From an uncultured Candidatus Rokubacteria bacterium (GTDB taxonomy: Bacteria; Methylomirabilota; Methylomirabilia; Rokubacteriales; CSP1-6): a stretch of 64,000 nucleotides of DNA. The position numbers were made by a program, and so were the translations under genes. The notes beneath the pieces are model-generated. The model searched no databases and was not told the origin of the DNA. It was given only the letters and a program-made list of their open reading frames with translations. The DNA is taken from assembly GCA_963762145.1 (NCBI GenBank), contig CAVXJS010000009.1, forward strand, positions 544,001-608,000, written 5' to 3'. Shown one piece after another: positions 55,254 to 64,000 of the stretch (within the stretch, counting starts at the first letter, position 1; the number at the start of each line of letters is the position of its first letter).

Positions 55254-56546
55254 CTAGCAGCGGGCTCCGGCCGTGAAAAGAACATCCTGCCCGTCGTCCG
55301 CGGCGGCCAGGACGTCGCCGATCAGCGAGAGCGAGCCGGCCACGCACACGATCCCGTGCGGATCCTCGGCGGTGGCCATGGCGAGCGCGGCCGGCGCCGA
55401 CGGGGCAACCGCCGCGGGCGTGCCCGCGGGCAGCAGGGCCCGCAGCGCATCCGGCGAGGCCGCGCGGGGATTCGCGGACGCGGTGAGGATGACGCGAGCG
55501 GCCAGCGGCCGGAGGGCGGCCAGGATGCCGCCCGCGTCCTTGTCGGCGAGCACGCCGATGACGAAGGTCACGGGCCGGCCGGGAAAATACGCGCGCAGCG
55601 ATGCCGCGAGGGCCCGGGCCCCCGCCGGGTTGTGGGCCCCGTCCAGGATGACGAGCGGCTCCCGGCGGAAGATCTGGAACCGTCCGGGCCAGCGGGCGCC
55701 CCGCAGGCCCGCGCGGACCGCGCCCTCGTCCGCCCCCAGCTCCCGCGCCGCCGCGGCCGCGAGCAGGGCGTTGCCCGGCTGGTAGACGCCGAGCAGCCCG
55801 CAGGCCACGTCGGGCATCCGCCAGCCCCGTCCTTCCAGGTCGAGCCGCTGGGCCTCGAGGGTGAATCCGAGCGGAGTGACGCGCAGGTCGCGGCCTTCGA
55901 GCGACAGCGGCACCCCGGCCTCCGCGGCGCGGCGAGTGATGACCGCCGCGGCTTCCGGGTCCTGTCGCGCCGAGAAGGCCACCCCGCTCCGGATGATCGC
56001 CGCCTTCTCGGCCGCGATCAGGGTCAGGGTATCGCCCAGCTCGTGCTGGTGATCGTAGTCGATCGGGCCGAGGACGACCACGCGCGGCCGGCCCACGGTG
56101 GTGGCGTCGAGCCGGCCCCCGAGGCCGACCTCCAGGACCGCCACGTCCACCCGCTCGCGGCAGAAGTGGTCCAGGGCGAGCGCGGTCCCCGCTTCGAAGA
56201 CGCTGAGGTCGAGCCGGGTGATGAGCGTGCCGAGGGCGTCCACGCCGTCCACGAAATCGGATTCGGAGATCGGCCGGCCGTTCACGCGGATGCGCTCGCG
56301 ATAGTGGGCGAGGTGCGGCGAGGTGTAGAGACCGACTCGGCGGCCCGCAGCCTGGAGGATCGCGGCGAGCATGGCCGAGATCGAGCCCTTGCCGTTGGTG
56401 CCGCCCACCTGGGCGATGGTGAAGGCCTGCTCGGGCCGCCCGATCGCGTCGAGCATCGCCTCGATGCGCTCGAGGCCGGGGCGCATGCCCGCCCGCTCCC
56501 CGCCGCGCAGCGCGAGGATGCGGGCCACGGCCTCCGCGTACGTCAT
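55254..56546 (-). CDS. folC: Folylpolyglutamate synthase/dihydrofolate synthase
   Basis: GGTNGKGS, YTSPHL, LEVGLGGRLDAT, IAAEKAAI, ILDGAHNP. Confidence 0.95.
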   Translation of the reverse strand: MTYAEAVARILALRGGERAGMRPGLERIEAMLDAIGRPEQAFTIAQVGGTNGKGSISAMLAAILQAAGRRVGLYTSPHLAHYRERIRVNGRPISESDFVDGVDALGTLITRLDLSVFEAGTALALDHFCRERVDVAVLEVGLGGRLDATTVGRPRVVVLGPIDYDHQHELGDTLTLIAAEKAAIIRSGVAFSARQDPEAAAVITRRAAEAGVPLSLEGRDLRVTPLGFTLEAQRLDLEGRGWRMPDVACGLLGVYQPGNALLAAAAARELGADEGAVRAGLRGARWPGRFQIFRREPLVILDGAHNPAGARALAASLRAYFPGRPVTFVIGVLADKDAGGILAALRPLAARVILTASANPRAASPDALRALLPAGTPAAVAPSAPAALAMATAEDPHGIVCVAGSLSLIGDVLAAADDGQDVLFTAGARC

Positions 56547-57406
56547 GGAGCGGGCGTGGGGGCTCGGCCGCTGAAGAAGGCGAGGATGCGTCGGAGGGTG
56601 GCCCGCAGCTCCCGCCGCTCCACGACCAGGTCGAGCTGGCCGTGCTCGAGCAGGAACTCCGAGCGCTGGAACCCATCGGGGAGCGGCTGGCGGATGGTCT
56701 CCGCGATCACCCGCGGCCCGGCGAAGCCGATGAGCGCGCGCGGCTCGGCCAGGATGAGGTCGCCCAGCATCGCGAAGCTGGCCGTCACCCCGCCGGTGGT
56801 GGGATCGGTGAGGAGCGAGATGTAGGGAATGCGCTCGGCGTCGAGGCGCTGGAGCGCGGCCGACGTCTTGGCCATCTGCATCAGCGAGAGGATCCCCTCC
56901 TGCATGCGGGCTCCGCCCGAGGCGGAGATGATGAGGAGCGGGATGCGCTTCAGCAGGGCCAGCTCGATCGTGCGCGTGAGCTTCTCGCCCACCACCGACG
57001 CCATGCTGCCGCCGAGGAACGCGAACTCGAAGACCGCGATCGCGACCGGGTAGCCCCCGATGCGGGCGGTGCCGGTGACCACCGCCTCGCCCGCGTCGGT
57101 CTTGCTGCGCGCGGCCTTCAGGCGGTCGGTGTACTTCTTGGTGTCCTTGAAGTTGAGCGGGTCCTTCGAGCGCAGGCCCGCCTCGCGCTCCTCGAAGGAG
57201 CCGTCGTCGGCGACCAGCGCGATGCGTTCACGCGCGGAGATGCGAAACGGGTATCCGCACTTGGGGCAGACCCGGCCGGCGCGCTCCACCTCGGCCCGGT
57301 AGACGATCTCCTTGCACGAGTCGCACTTGACCCACAGGCCCTCGGCGATGACGACCTTCTTCGGGCGCTCGTCCTCTCCATCTTTCTTTTTCCAGAACCA
57401 GGCCAT
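56543..57406 (-). CDS. accD: Acetyl-CoA carboxylase carboxyltransferase beta subunit
   Basis: GLWVKCDSC...CPKC zinc finger, GGSMASVVGEK, SGGARMQEG, GFAGPRVI. Confidence 0.97.
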   Translation of the reverse strand: MAWFWKKKDGEDERPKKVVIAEGLWVKCDSCKEIVYRAEVERAGRVCPKCGYPFRISARERIALVADDGSFEEREAGLRSKDPLNFKDTKKYTDRLKAARSKTDAGEAVVTGTARIGGYPVAIAVFEFAFLGGSMASVVGEKLTRTIELALLKRIPLLIISASGGARMQEGILSLMQMAKTSAALQRLDAERIPYISLLTDPTTGGVTASFAMLGDLILAEPRALIGFAGPRVIAETIRQPLPDGFQRSEFLLEHGQLDLVVERRELRATLRRILAFFSGRAPTPAP

Positions 57407-57424
57407 GGTCAGCCGGTCACAGAC

Positions 57425-57492
57425 GGTTGTCCGCCGAACGCGGAATGTCCGCGGACTGGGGGAGTGCGGGGGCCATTTCTGGGCCCCCGCAT
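57425..57492 (+). repeat. Hairpin repeat, family B
   Basis: GGTTGTCCGCCGA prefix and 39-nt core shared with 36352-36401. Confidence 0.85.
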
Positions 57493-57548
57493 TTCAAAAG
57501 AGAAGCGGATCCGATCGACAGCCGGCCCCCGGGCTGATCCGACCTTAC

Positions 57549-58382
57549 TCACGAAACCCTCCGAAGGGGCGCCTTCAGCGACGCGATGAAGTCTCCCACG
57601 CGCTCGAGAAGCTCCGCCGAGCTGCCGTACCGCTCGACCAGGCGCACGATGGCGGAGCCCACGATGACGCCGTCGGCGGCGCGGCCCACCTCGGCCGCCT
57701 GCTCGGGGGTGCTGATGCCGAAGCCCACGCAGATGGGTTTGGTCGTGATGTTGCGGAGGGCGCGGAGCTGCTGGGCGAGCTCGGGGGCGAGCGTGTTGCG
57801 CTCGCCGGTGACCCCGGTGAGGGACACCATGTAGATGAAGCCCTGGCTGGCGCGGGCGATCTTGCGCATCCGGTCCGGGGTGGAGGTGGGGGCGACCAGC
57901 TGCACGACGTCGAGGCCGGCCGGCTCCGCCTCCGCGCGCAGGGGGGCCGCTTCCTCCGCTGGCACGTCGGCCACGATCACCCCGTCGATGCCCGCCTCCA
58001 CCGCGGTGCGGCAGAAGGCCTTGAGCCCGAAGGCGAGGACCGGGTTGTAGTAGGTCAGGAAGACCAGCGGCACCGACACCTCGCCCCGCATCTCGCGCAC
58101 CAGCTCGAGCACGCGCGGCAGGGTCACCCCCGCGGCGAACGCGCGCTGGGTGGCCCGCTGGATGACCGGGCCGTCCGCGAGCGGATCCGAGAACGGGATG
58201 CCCAGCTCGATGACGTCGGCGCCGCGCCGGGCCGCCTCGACGACCAGCCGCCGCGTCATCGCGAGCGACGGATCGCCCGCGGTGAAGTAGGGGACGAGCG
58301 CGCGCTCCCCGCGCGCCCGGAGCGCCGCGAAGGTGGCGGCGAGCCGCGAGGCCGGACGCGGCGTGGCGCCCGCGCGCGTCAT
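57549..58382 (-). CDS. trpA: Tryptophan synthase alpha chain
   Basis: [45 protein letters not shown]. Confidence 0.97.
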   Translation of the reverse strand: MTRAGATPRPASRLAATFAALRARGERALVPYFTAGDPSLAMTRRLVVEAARRGADVIELGIPFSDPLADGPVIQRATQRAFAAGVTLPRVLELVREMRGEVSVPLVFLTYYNPVLAFGLKAFCRTAVEAGIDGVIVADVPAEEAAPLRAEAEPAGLDVVQLVAPTSTPDRMRKIARASQGFIYMVSLTGVTGERNTLAPELAQQLRALRNITTKPICVGFGISTPEQAAEVGRAADGVIVGSAIVRLVERYGSSAELLERVGDFIASLKAPLRRVS

Positions 58383-59617
58383 CGGTGGCCGCCGTGCCCG
58401 TTGCCGACCGCGCCGTCGAGCGCTTGGGCCACCGTGTGCACGTCCTTGTCGCCCCGGCCCGAGAGCCCGATCAGCACGCTCTGGCTCTTCTTCATCCGTG
58501 CGGCCGCCCGCATCGCGTGGGCCACCGCGTGGGAGGACTCGAGCGCGGGCATGATGCCCTCGAGCTTCGTGAGGGCCTTGAACCCCTCGAGCGCTTCCTG
58601 GTCGGTCACCGACACGTACTCGAACCGGCCCAGGTCCTTGTAGTACGAGTGCTCGGGCCCCACTCCCGGGTAGTCGAGACCGGCCGAGATCGAGTGGGCC
58701 TCCGCGACCTGGCCGTCGTCGTTCTGGAGCACGTAGCTCATGCTCCCGTGGAGCACGCCGACCGCGCCCGAGGTCAGCGACGCCCCGTGCTTGCCGCTCT
58801 TGATCCCGTGGCCGCCGGGCTCCACCCCGACGATGCGCACGCGCCGGTCCTGGATGAACGGCCAGAAGAGGCCCATCGCGTTGGACCCGCCGCCCACGCA
58901 GGCCACGAGGAGATCGGGCAGGCGGCCGATGATCCGGCGCGACTGCGCGCGCGCCTCGTCGCCGATCACGCGCTGGAAGTCGCGCACCAGCATCGGATAC
59001 GGATGGGGACCCATCACCGAGCCGAGCAGGTAGTAGGTCGTCCGCACGTTGGTGACCCAGTCGCGCAGCGCCTCGTTGACCGCGTCCTTGAGCGTCTTCG
59101 AGCCGCTCTCCACCGGGATCACCCGCGCCCCCAGCAGCTTCATGCGGAAGACGTTGAGGGCCTGGCGCTCCACGTCCACGCTGCCCATGTAGACCTCGCA
59201 GTCGAGGCCCAGCAGTGCGGCCGCGGTGGCGGACGCCACCCCGTGCTGCCCCGCGCCAGTCTCCGCGATGATCCGCTGCTTGCCCATTCGCTGGGCGAGC
59301 AGGGCCTGGCCGAGCACGTTATTGATCTTGTGGGCGCCGGTGTGGCAGAGATCCTCGCGCTTGAGGTAGATCCGCGCGCCGCCCACGTGGCGGGTCAGCC
59401 GTTCCGCGAAGTAGAGCGGGGTCGGCCGGCCGGCGTAGCTCGCCAGCAGCCCGCGCAGCCGCCGGCGGAAGCGGGTGTCCGCGCGCGCGGCACGGTACGC
59501 GCGATCGAGGTCCACCAGCGGCTGCATCAGCGTCTCCGGCACGAAGCGCCCGCCGAAGCGGCCGAAGTGACCGTTGGCGTCCGGGAGCGAGGCGGGCCGC
59601 AGGCGGGTTCGACTCAT
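58379..59617 (-). CDS. trpB: Tryptophan synthase beta chain
   Basis: [47 protein letters not shown]. Confidence 0.98.
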   Translation of the reverse strand: MSRTRLRPASLPDANGHFGRFGGRFVPETLMQPLVDLDRAYRAARADTRFRRRLRGLLASYAGRPTPLYFAERLTRHVGGARIYLKREDLCHTGAHKINNVLGQALLAQRMGKQRIIAETGAGQHGVASATAAALLGLDCEVYMGSVDVERQALNVFRMKLLGARVIPVESGSKTLKDAVNEALRDWVTNVRTTYYLLGSVMGPHPYPMLVRDFQRVIGDEARAQSRRIIGRLPDLLVACVGGGSNAMGLFWPFIQDRRVRIVGVEPGGHGIKSGKHGASLTSGAVGVLHGSMSYVLQNDDGQVAEAHSISAGLDYPGVGPEHSYYKDLGRFEYVSVTDQEALEGFKALTKLEGIMPALESSHAVAHAMRAAARMKKSQSVLIGLSGRGDKDVHTVAQALDGAVGNGHGGHR

Positions 59618-60234
59618 CGGGCAGCCGCCGCCGCGCGGACCTCGGTCACGAAGCGAAGCACCCGCGCCTCGTCCTTGCGCCCCGGGCGGGCCTCCACCCC
59701 GGAGTTGACGTCCACGCCGTACGGACGGACACGGCGTACTGCCTCACCCACGTTGTCGGGGGTGAGGCCGGCCGAGAGCAGCACCGGATGCCGGCGGGCC
59801 ATCTCCGCGGCCACGTCCCACGGAATCATCGGGCGGGCTTCCCCTTCGCTCCAGCGCGCGGGCGAGTCGAGGAGGAACGCGGTCACGCGGTAGGCGGCCA
59901 TCCGGTCGAGATCGGCGGGACCCGCCACCTTCAGCACCTTGATCACGGGCAGGCGGAAATCGAGCAGGTCCTCGGGGGTCTCGTCGCCGTGGAACTGGAG
60001 CGCGGCCAGCCCGCACTGCTCGGCCACCGCCTTCACGTGGCCCGCGGCGTGGTTCCAGAACACGCCCACCGGCGTCACGAACGGCGGCAGCACCGCTACG
60101 ATCCGGGCCGCCGTCTCGGGGGTGACGCAGCGCGGGGTGCCCTCCACGAAGATGAACCCGAGCGCGTCGGCCCCCGCCGCGACGCAGAGCCGGGCGTCGT
60201 CGAGATTGGTGATGCCGCAGATCTTGATCCTCAT
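59614..60234 (-). CDS. trpF: Phosphoribosylanthranilate isomerase
   Basis: [28 protein letters not shown]. Confidence 0.96.
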   Translation of the reverse strand: MRIKICGITNLDDARLCVAAGADALGFIFVEGTPRCVTPETAARIVAVLPPFVTPVGVFWNHAAGHVKAVAEQCGLAALQFHGDETPEDLLDFRLPVIKVLKVAGPADLDRMAAYRVTAFLLDSPARWSEGEARPMIPWDVAAEMARRHPVLLSAGLTPDNVGEAVRRVRPYGVDVNSGVEARPGRKDEARVLRFVTEVRAAAAAR

Positions 60235-61016
60235 CGCAGCGACAGCTCGCGGACCTTCGCGGCCACGTCGGCGGCCCGCAGGAGGGTCTCCCCCACCAGC
60301 ACCGCGCGGGCGCCCGCCGCGACGACCCGGGCCACGTCGGCGCCGCTCGCGAGCCCGCTCTCGCTCACCGCCAGCGGGCCGGGCGGGATCTGGGGCAGGA
60401 GGCGGAGCGAGGGCTCGAGGCTCGTGGTGAGCGTCTGGAGGTCGCGGTTGTTGACGCCGATCACCGGCGCGCCGAGCCGCAGGGCGCGATCGAGCTCGCC
60501 CGCGGTATGCACCTCGACGAGGGTGGCGAGCCCCGCGCCTTTGGCCGCGTCGAGCAGGTCGCGCAGGAGCGCGTCCTCGAGCGCGGCCACGATCAGCAGC
60601 ACCGCGTCGGCGCCGGCGGCGCGCGCCTCCCAGAGCTGGTACTCGTCCACGATGAACTCCTTGCGGAGCACGGGGACGGAGACGGCCGCCCGCACGTTGA
60701 CCAGATCGTCGAGGCTGCCGTGGAAGTACCGCGCGTCCGTGAGCACCGACACCGCCGCCGCCCCGGCTCCCGCGTAGATCCCCGCCTGGGCCACCGGATC
60801 GAGATCGGCGCGGAAGAGCCCCTGGGACGGCGAGCCCCGCTTGACCTCGGCGATGAGGCGCACCCGCTCGCCCGTCGCGGGGCGCAGGGCCGCTTCGAAG
60901 TCGCGGGTGGGGGCGAGCCCGCGGCAGGCCGCGATCAGCTCCGGAAGGGGGCGGCGAGGCTTGAGCTCGGCCAGCTCCGAGCGCTTGTGGGCGACGATCT
61001 CATCGAGGACGCCCAT
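60231..61016 (-). CDS. trpC: Indole-3-glycerol phosphate synthase
   Basis: IAEVKRGSPSQG, SVLTD, LRKEFI, LVEVH, GVNNRDL, SESG. Confidence 0.96.
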   Translation of the reverse strand: MGVLDEIVAHKRSELAELKPRRPLPELIAACRGLAPTRDFEAALRPATGERVRLIAEVKRGSPSQGLFRADLDPVAQAGIYAGAGAAAVSVLTDARYFHGSLDDLVNVRAAVSVPVLRKEFIVDEYQLWEARAAGADAVLLIVAALEDALLRDLLDAAKGAGLATLVEVHTAGELDRALRLGAPVIGVNNRDLQTLTTSLEPSLRLLPQIPPGPLAVSESGLASGADVARVVAAGARAVLVGETLLRAADVAAKVRELSLR

Positions 61017-61020
61017 TCGG

Positions 61021-62235
61021 CTAGTAGTCGCCGCGCAGCCCGTGATCCCGCCCCGTGATGTCGATGCGCGCCATCTGCTCCATCACGTATTCGCGCAGCG
61101 TGCGCGGCGGCGGCAGGTCGCGCACGAGGCGGCCCCCCGCGATCAGCGGCTTCAGCAGCGCCTCCGCGGGCCGCCCGTCGGGACCCACCGGCGCAGGCGC
61201 ACCGGCGGGGAGCACCATGTTCTGCACCGCGCCCGGGAATCGCCACACCTGCTTGGCCCCGGAGCGCTTGCCGCGCTTGGCCATCGGCTGGCCCTCGATC
61301 TCCATGATGTCGAGCGCGAAGGAGAGCACCGGCGCGTTCGCGATCGAGGTGCCGACCCCGTAGCCGTCCACCAGCGGGTTCAGCCGGAGGATCTCGTACT
61401 CGTCGATGCCGCCCGAGGCCAGGATCTTGACGTGGTTGAAGCCGCGCAGGTCGAGCTCCCAGCGCACCTCCTCGAGGATCTTGAAGAAGTCGCCGCGCCG
61501 CGAGGACGGCGTGTCCAGGCGCACCGCGTAGAGATCGCGGCCGAGAGCCTTGGCCACCCGGAGCGCCTCGAACTTCTCGTCCTGGAGCGTGTCGATCAGC
61601 GCGACCCGCCGCACCTTGGGGTCGATGACGTCGTGGAAGGCCTGGAGCGCCTCCACCGTGTCGCCGAAGAGCAGCACCAGCGCGTGCGGGATGGTGCCGG
61701 TGGGATCGGCGTCGATCAGCTCGGCGGACTTGGTGACCGCGACCCCGTCGCAGCCGCCCACGAAGGCGTTACGCTCGATCATCGGGGCCAGCGCCGGGTG
61801 CATGCGCCGGGCCCCGAAGGAGATCACCTGACGCTCGCCCGCGGCGCGCTTGCAGCGCGCGGCCTTGGTGGCGATGCCGGAGGCCTGGCAGAGGAACCCG
61901 AGGAGCGCGGTCTCGTACTTGGCCCACTCGGGGTAGATGCCCTCGATGAGGAGCACGGTGTCCTCGGGACCGAACAGGGTGCCCTCGTCCATGGCCCACA
62001 CGTCGACGGGCAGGCCTTCCAGCAGCGCGGCCGCTTCCTCGATGCCCGCGAGGACGCCGAAGGTCCAGTCGGTCTGCGGGAAGCTCTTGAGCCGGATCTC
62101 TGCCTTGACCCGCTTGTTGACACCCTTCGCGCGCAGGATCTCGATCGTGCGCTCGAAGTAGACGTCCGAGACCTCGCCCGCCTTGATCTCGGGTTCGGAG
62201 GCCGTGTGGAAGGCGCGCTTGGGCTGGCTCTTCAT
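61021..62235 (-). CDS. pncB: Nicotinate phosphoribosyltransferase (short, archaeal-like type)
   Basis: SDVYFERT, YETALLG, SFGARRMHP, GTIPHAL, VRLDTPSSRRG, ASGG, YGVGT, AKRGK. Confidence 0.88.
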   Translation of the reverse strand: MKSQPKRAFHTASEPEIKAGEVSDVYFERTIEILRAKGVNKRVKAEIRLKSFPQTDWTFGVLAGIEEAAALLEGLPVDVWAMDEGTLFGPEDTVLLIEGIYPEWAKYETALLGFLCQASGIATKAARCKRAAGERQVISFGARRMHPALAPMIERNAFVGGCDGVAVTKSAELIDADPTGTIPHALVLLFGDTVEALQAFHDVIDPKVRRVALIDTLQDEKFEALRVAKALGRDLYAVRLDTPSSRRGDFFKILEEVRWELDLRGFNHVKILASGGIDEYEILRLNPLVDGYGVGTSIANAPVLSFALDIMEIEGQPMAKRGKRSGAKQVWRFPGAVQNMVLPAGAPAPVGPDGRPAEALLKPLIAGGRLVRDLPPPRTLREYVMEQMARIDITGRDHGLRGDY

Positions 62236-62276
62236 GGGGACGCAGACACCTCCCGGCCCGGCAATAAAGTGCCCGG

Positions 62277-62305
62277 ATTGTCCCAGAAAGCCCCCGGGAA
62301 GTCAA
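62277..62305 (-). promoter_or_regulatory. Putative sigma70 promoter for pncB-trp operon
   Basis: Minus strand TTGACT-N17-GACAAT with TG extension; GGAGG RBS downstream. Confidence 0.6.
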
Positions 62306-62339
62306 AGAACTGCCCCCCAAGGTCTTCCCCCACCGGGGG

Positions 62340-63203
62340 TTACAGCTTGAGGGTCTTGAGGTAGGCGCGGAAGGCGTCGGCCAGGTCCGGCCGGGCCAGG
62401 GCGAACTCCACCGTGGCCTTGAGGAAGCCGAGCTTCTCGCCGGTGTCGTGACGCTTGCCCTCGAACTCGACGGCGTAGATGGGCCGCCGGCCCCGCAGCG
62501 CACGGAGCCCGTTCGTGAGCTGGATCTCGCCGCGGGAGTCGGGCACGGTCTCCGCCAGGATCGGGAAGAGATCGGGGGTGAGCACGTAGCGCCCGATGAT
62601 GGCCAGGTCGGAGGGCGCGTCCCGCGGGTCCGGCTTCTCCACCAGATCCTGGACCTCGTAGACGTTCGCCCCGAGGCCGCGCGCCGCGATCACGCCATAG
62701 CGGCCGATCTCTTCCCGCGGGATGCGCATGACCGCGAGCACCGGGCCGTCGTGGCGCTCGTAGACGTCGAGGAGCTGGCGCATGCAGGGCACGCGCGCGG
62801 TGATGATGTCGTCGCCCAGGAAGACGCCGAAGGGCTCGTCGCCCACGAGGGGCCGGGCGCAGAGGATCGCGTGGCCGAGCCCGAGCGGCTCCTTCTGCCG
62901 CACGTAGGAGACCGACGCGAGCTCGGAGATCGTCTTGATCTGCGCGAGCTCCTCGGTCTTACCGCGGTCGTTCAGGTAGTACTCGAGCTCGAACGCGGCG
63001 TCGAAGTGATCCTCGATCGCGCGCTTGTTCCGGCCGGTGACGAGGATGATCTCCTCGAGCCCGGAGGCCACCGCCTCCTCCACCACGTACTGGATGGTGG
63101 GCTTGTCCACCAGCGGCAGCATCTCCTTCGGCTGGGCCTTGGTGGCGGGCAGGAAGCGGGTGCCGAGACCGGCGGCGGGGAAGACGGCCTTCCTGACTTT
63201 CAT
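62340..63203 (-). CDS. galU: UTP--glucose-1-phosphate uridylyltransferase
   Basis: KAVFPAAGLGTRFLPATKAQPKEML, RQKEPLGLGHA, LVEKP, GEIQLT. Confidence 0.96.
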   Translation of the reverse strand: MKVRKAVFPAAGLGTRFLPATKAQPKEMLPLVDKPTIQYVVEEAVASGLEEIILVTGRNKRAIEDHFDAAFELEYYLNDRGKTEELAQIKTISELASVSYVRQKEPLGLGHAILCARPLVGDEPFGVFLGDDIITARVPCMRQLLDVYERHDGPVLAVMRIPREEIGRYGVIAARGLGANVYEVQDLVEKPDPRDAPSDLAIIGRYVLTPDLFPILAETVPDSRGEIQLTNGLRALRGRRPIYAVEFEGKRHDTGEKLGFLKATVEFALARPDLADAFRAYLKTLKL

Positions 63204-63241
63204 CGAGTCCGACGATACACGAGGCGCGCCGGAAAGGGAAC

Positions 63242-64000
63242 TCAGCCCGCAGGCGGGGCATCCTCCGGCGTGCGCACCTGGATGCCCAGCTTCTTGATGC
63301 GGTACCAGAGGCTGCGCTCCGAGACGCCCAGGACCTTGGCCGCGCGGGCCTGCACGCCCTGGGTCCGCGTGAGCGCGTCCAGGATCATGCGGCGCTCCCA
63401 GTCCTCGAGCGCCTCGTCGAGCGAGCCGGTCAGCACCGGGGCGCTCTCCGCCGCGGCGGGTCGGGCCTGGGCCGCGCGCTGGATCGCGGGCGGCAGGTGC
63501 TCGGGGCTGATCACCCCGTCGCTCATCACCATCGCGCCCTCGAGCACGTGCTGCATCTCGCGCACGTTGCCCGGCCACGCGTAGGTCCAGAGGCAGCGCA
63601 GGGCCTCGGGCGCCAGGATGGCGGGCGCGCGATTCAGCCGCTTGGCCGCGCGCTCCAGCAGGTGGGTGGCCAGGAGCGGCAGGTCGTCCAGGCGCTCGCG
63701 CAGCGGGGGCAGGTGCATGCCCACCCCCTGGAGGCGGTAGAACAGATCCTGGCGGAACGTCCCCTGCGCCACCGCGGTCTCGAGGTTCCGGTGGGTGGCC
63801 GCGATCACCCGCACGTCGGCCGGGATGGTGCGCGTGCCGCCGACCCGCTCGAACTCGCGCTCCTGCAGCACGCGCAGGATCTTGGCCTGCATGGCCAGCG
63901 GCATGTCGCCGATCTCGTCCAGGAAGATCGTGCCCTCCTTCGCGAGCTCGAAGCGGCCGGGGCGCGACCGCACCGCGCCGGTGAAGGCCCCCCGCTCGTG
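63242..64000 (-). CDS. Sigma54-dependent (NtrC/AtoC family) transcriptional activator, 3' part only
   Basis: HERGAFTGA at window edge, [32 protein letters not shown], Fis-type HTH. Confidence 0.93.
   Translation of the reverse strand, partial: HERGAFTGAVRSRPGRFELAKEGTIFLDEIGDMPLAMQAKILRVLQEREFERVGGTRTIPADVRVIAATHRNLETAVAQGTFRQDLFYRLQGVGMHLPPLRERLDDLPLLATHLLERAAKRLNRAPAILAPEALRCLWTYAWPGNVREMQHVLEGAMVMSDGVISPEHLPPAIQRAAQARPAAAESAPVLTGSLDEALEDWERRMILDALTRTQGVQARAAKVLGVSERSLWYRIKKLGIQVRTPEDAPPAG

Noticed and set aside
53551-56676. 1041-aa ORF joining the folC region to lptD
   Set aside because: The N-terminal part is an off-frame reading of folC; lptD starts near 55242 after its own -10 box

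Overview
Very GC-rich bacterial chromosome segment from a diderm (TonB-dependent receptor, lolA, lptD); the gene set and intergenic repeats are reminiscent of Candidatus Rokubacteria, but that placement is my inference. Many genes, including essential ones (polA, ftsK, rnj, coaE, glnS, lptD), carry single-base frameshifts that are most likely long-read errors, so many fused or split ORFs in the supplied track are artefacts. Layout: (1-6.8 kb) a metal/copper-like envelope locus: TonB receptor, Cys-motif BNR protein, two CopC and a His-tagged c-type cytochrome, converging on fasciclin, cupredoxin and a tandem-duplicated His/Met helical protein, the last three behind two matching ATCC-N16-CGTA ECF-type promoters; (6.8-16.2 kb) housekeeping operon polA-coaE-rsmA-rnj-ftsK-lolA-yajQ; (16.3-31 kb) Asp-type murA, a degenerate class A beta-lactamase, a racemase and an accessory catabolic region (FAD monooxygenase, LLM, Adc-like, CitE-like, Dpp-type ABC transporter, hydrolase); (31-44 kb) DUF2157-like membrane pair, glnE, glnB, glgA, Na/Pi transporter, phosphatase, divergent gltX/glnS; (44-47.6 kb) small metabolic genes; (47.6-64 kb) a long minus-strand run pncB-trpCFBA-accD-folC-lptD-degT-sugar dehydrogenase-ubiA-dprE1-dprE2, then galU and a partial sigma54 activator. 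Three families of short palindromic repeats are present, one apparently inserted into the lolA start. No rRNA, tRNA, CRISPR array or transposase was recognised.
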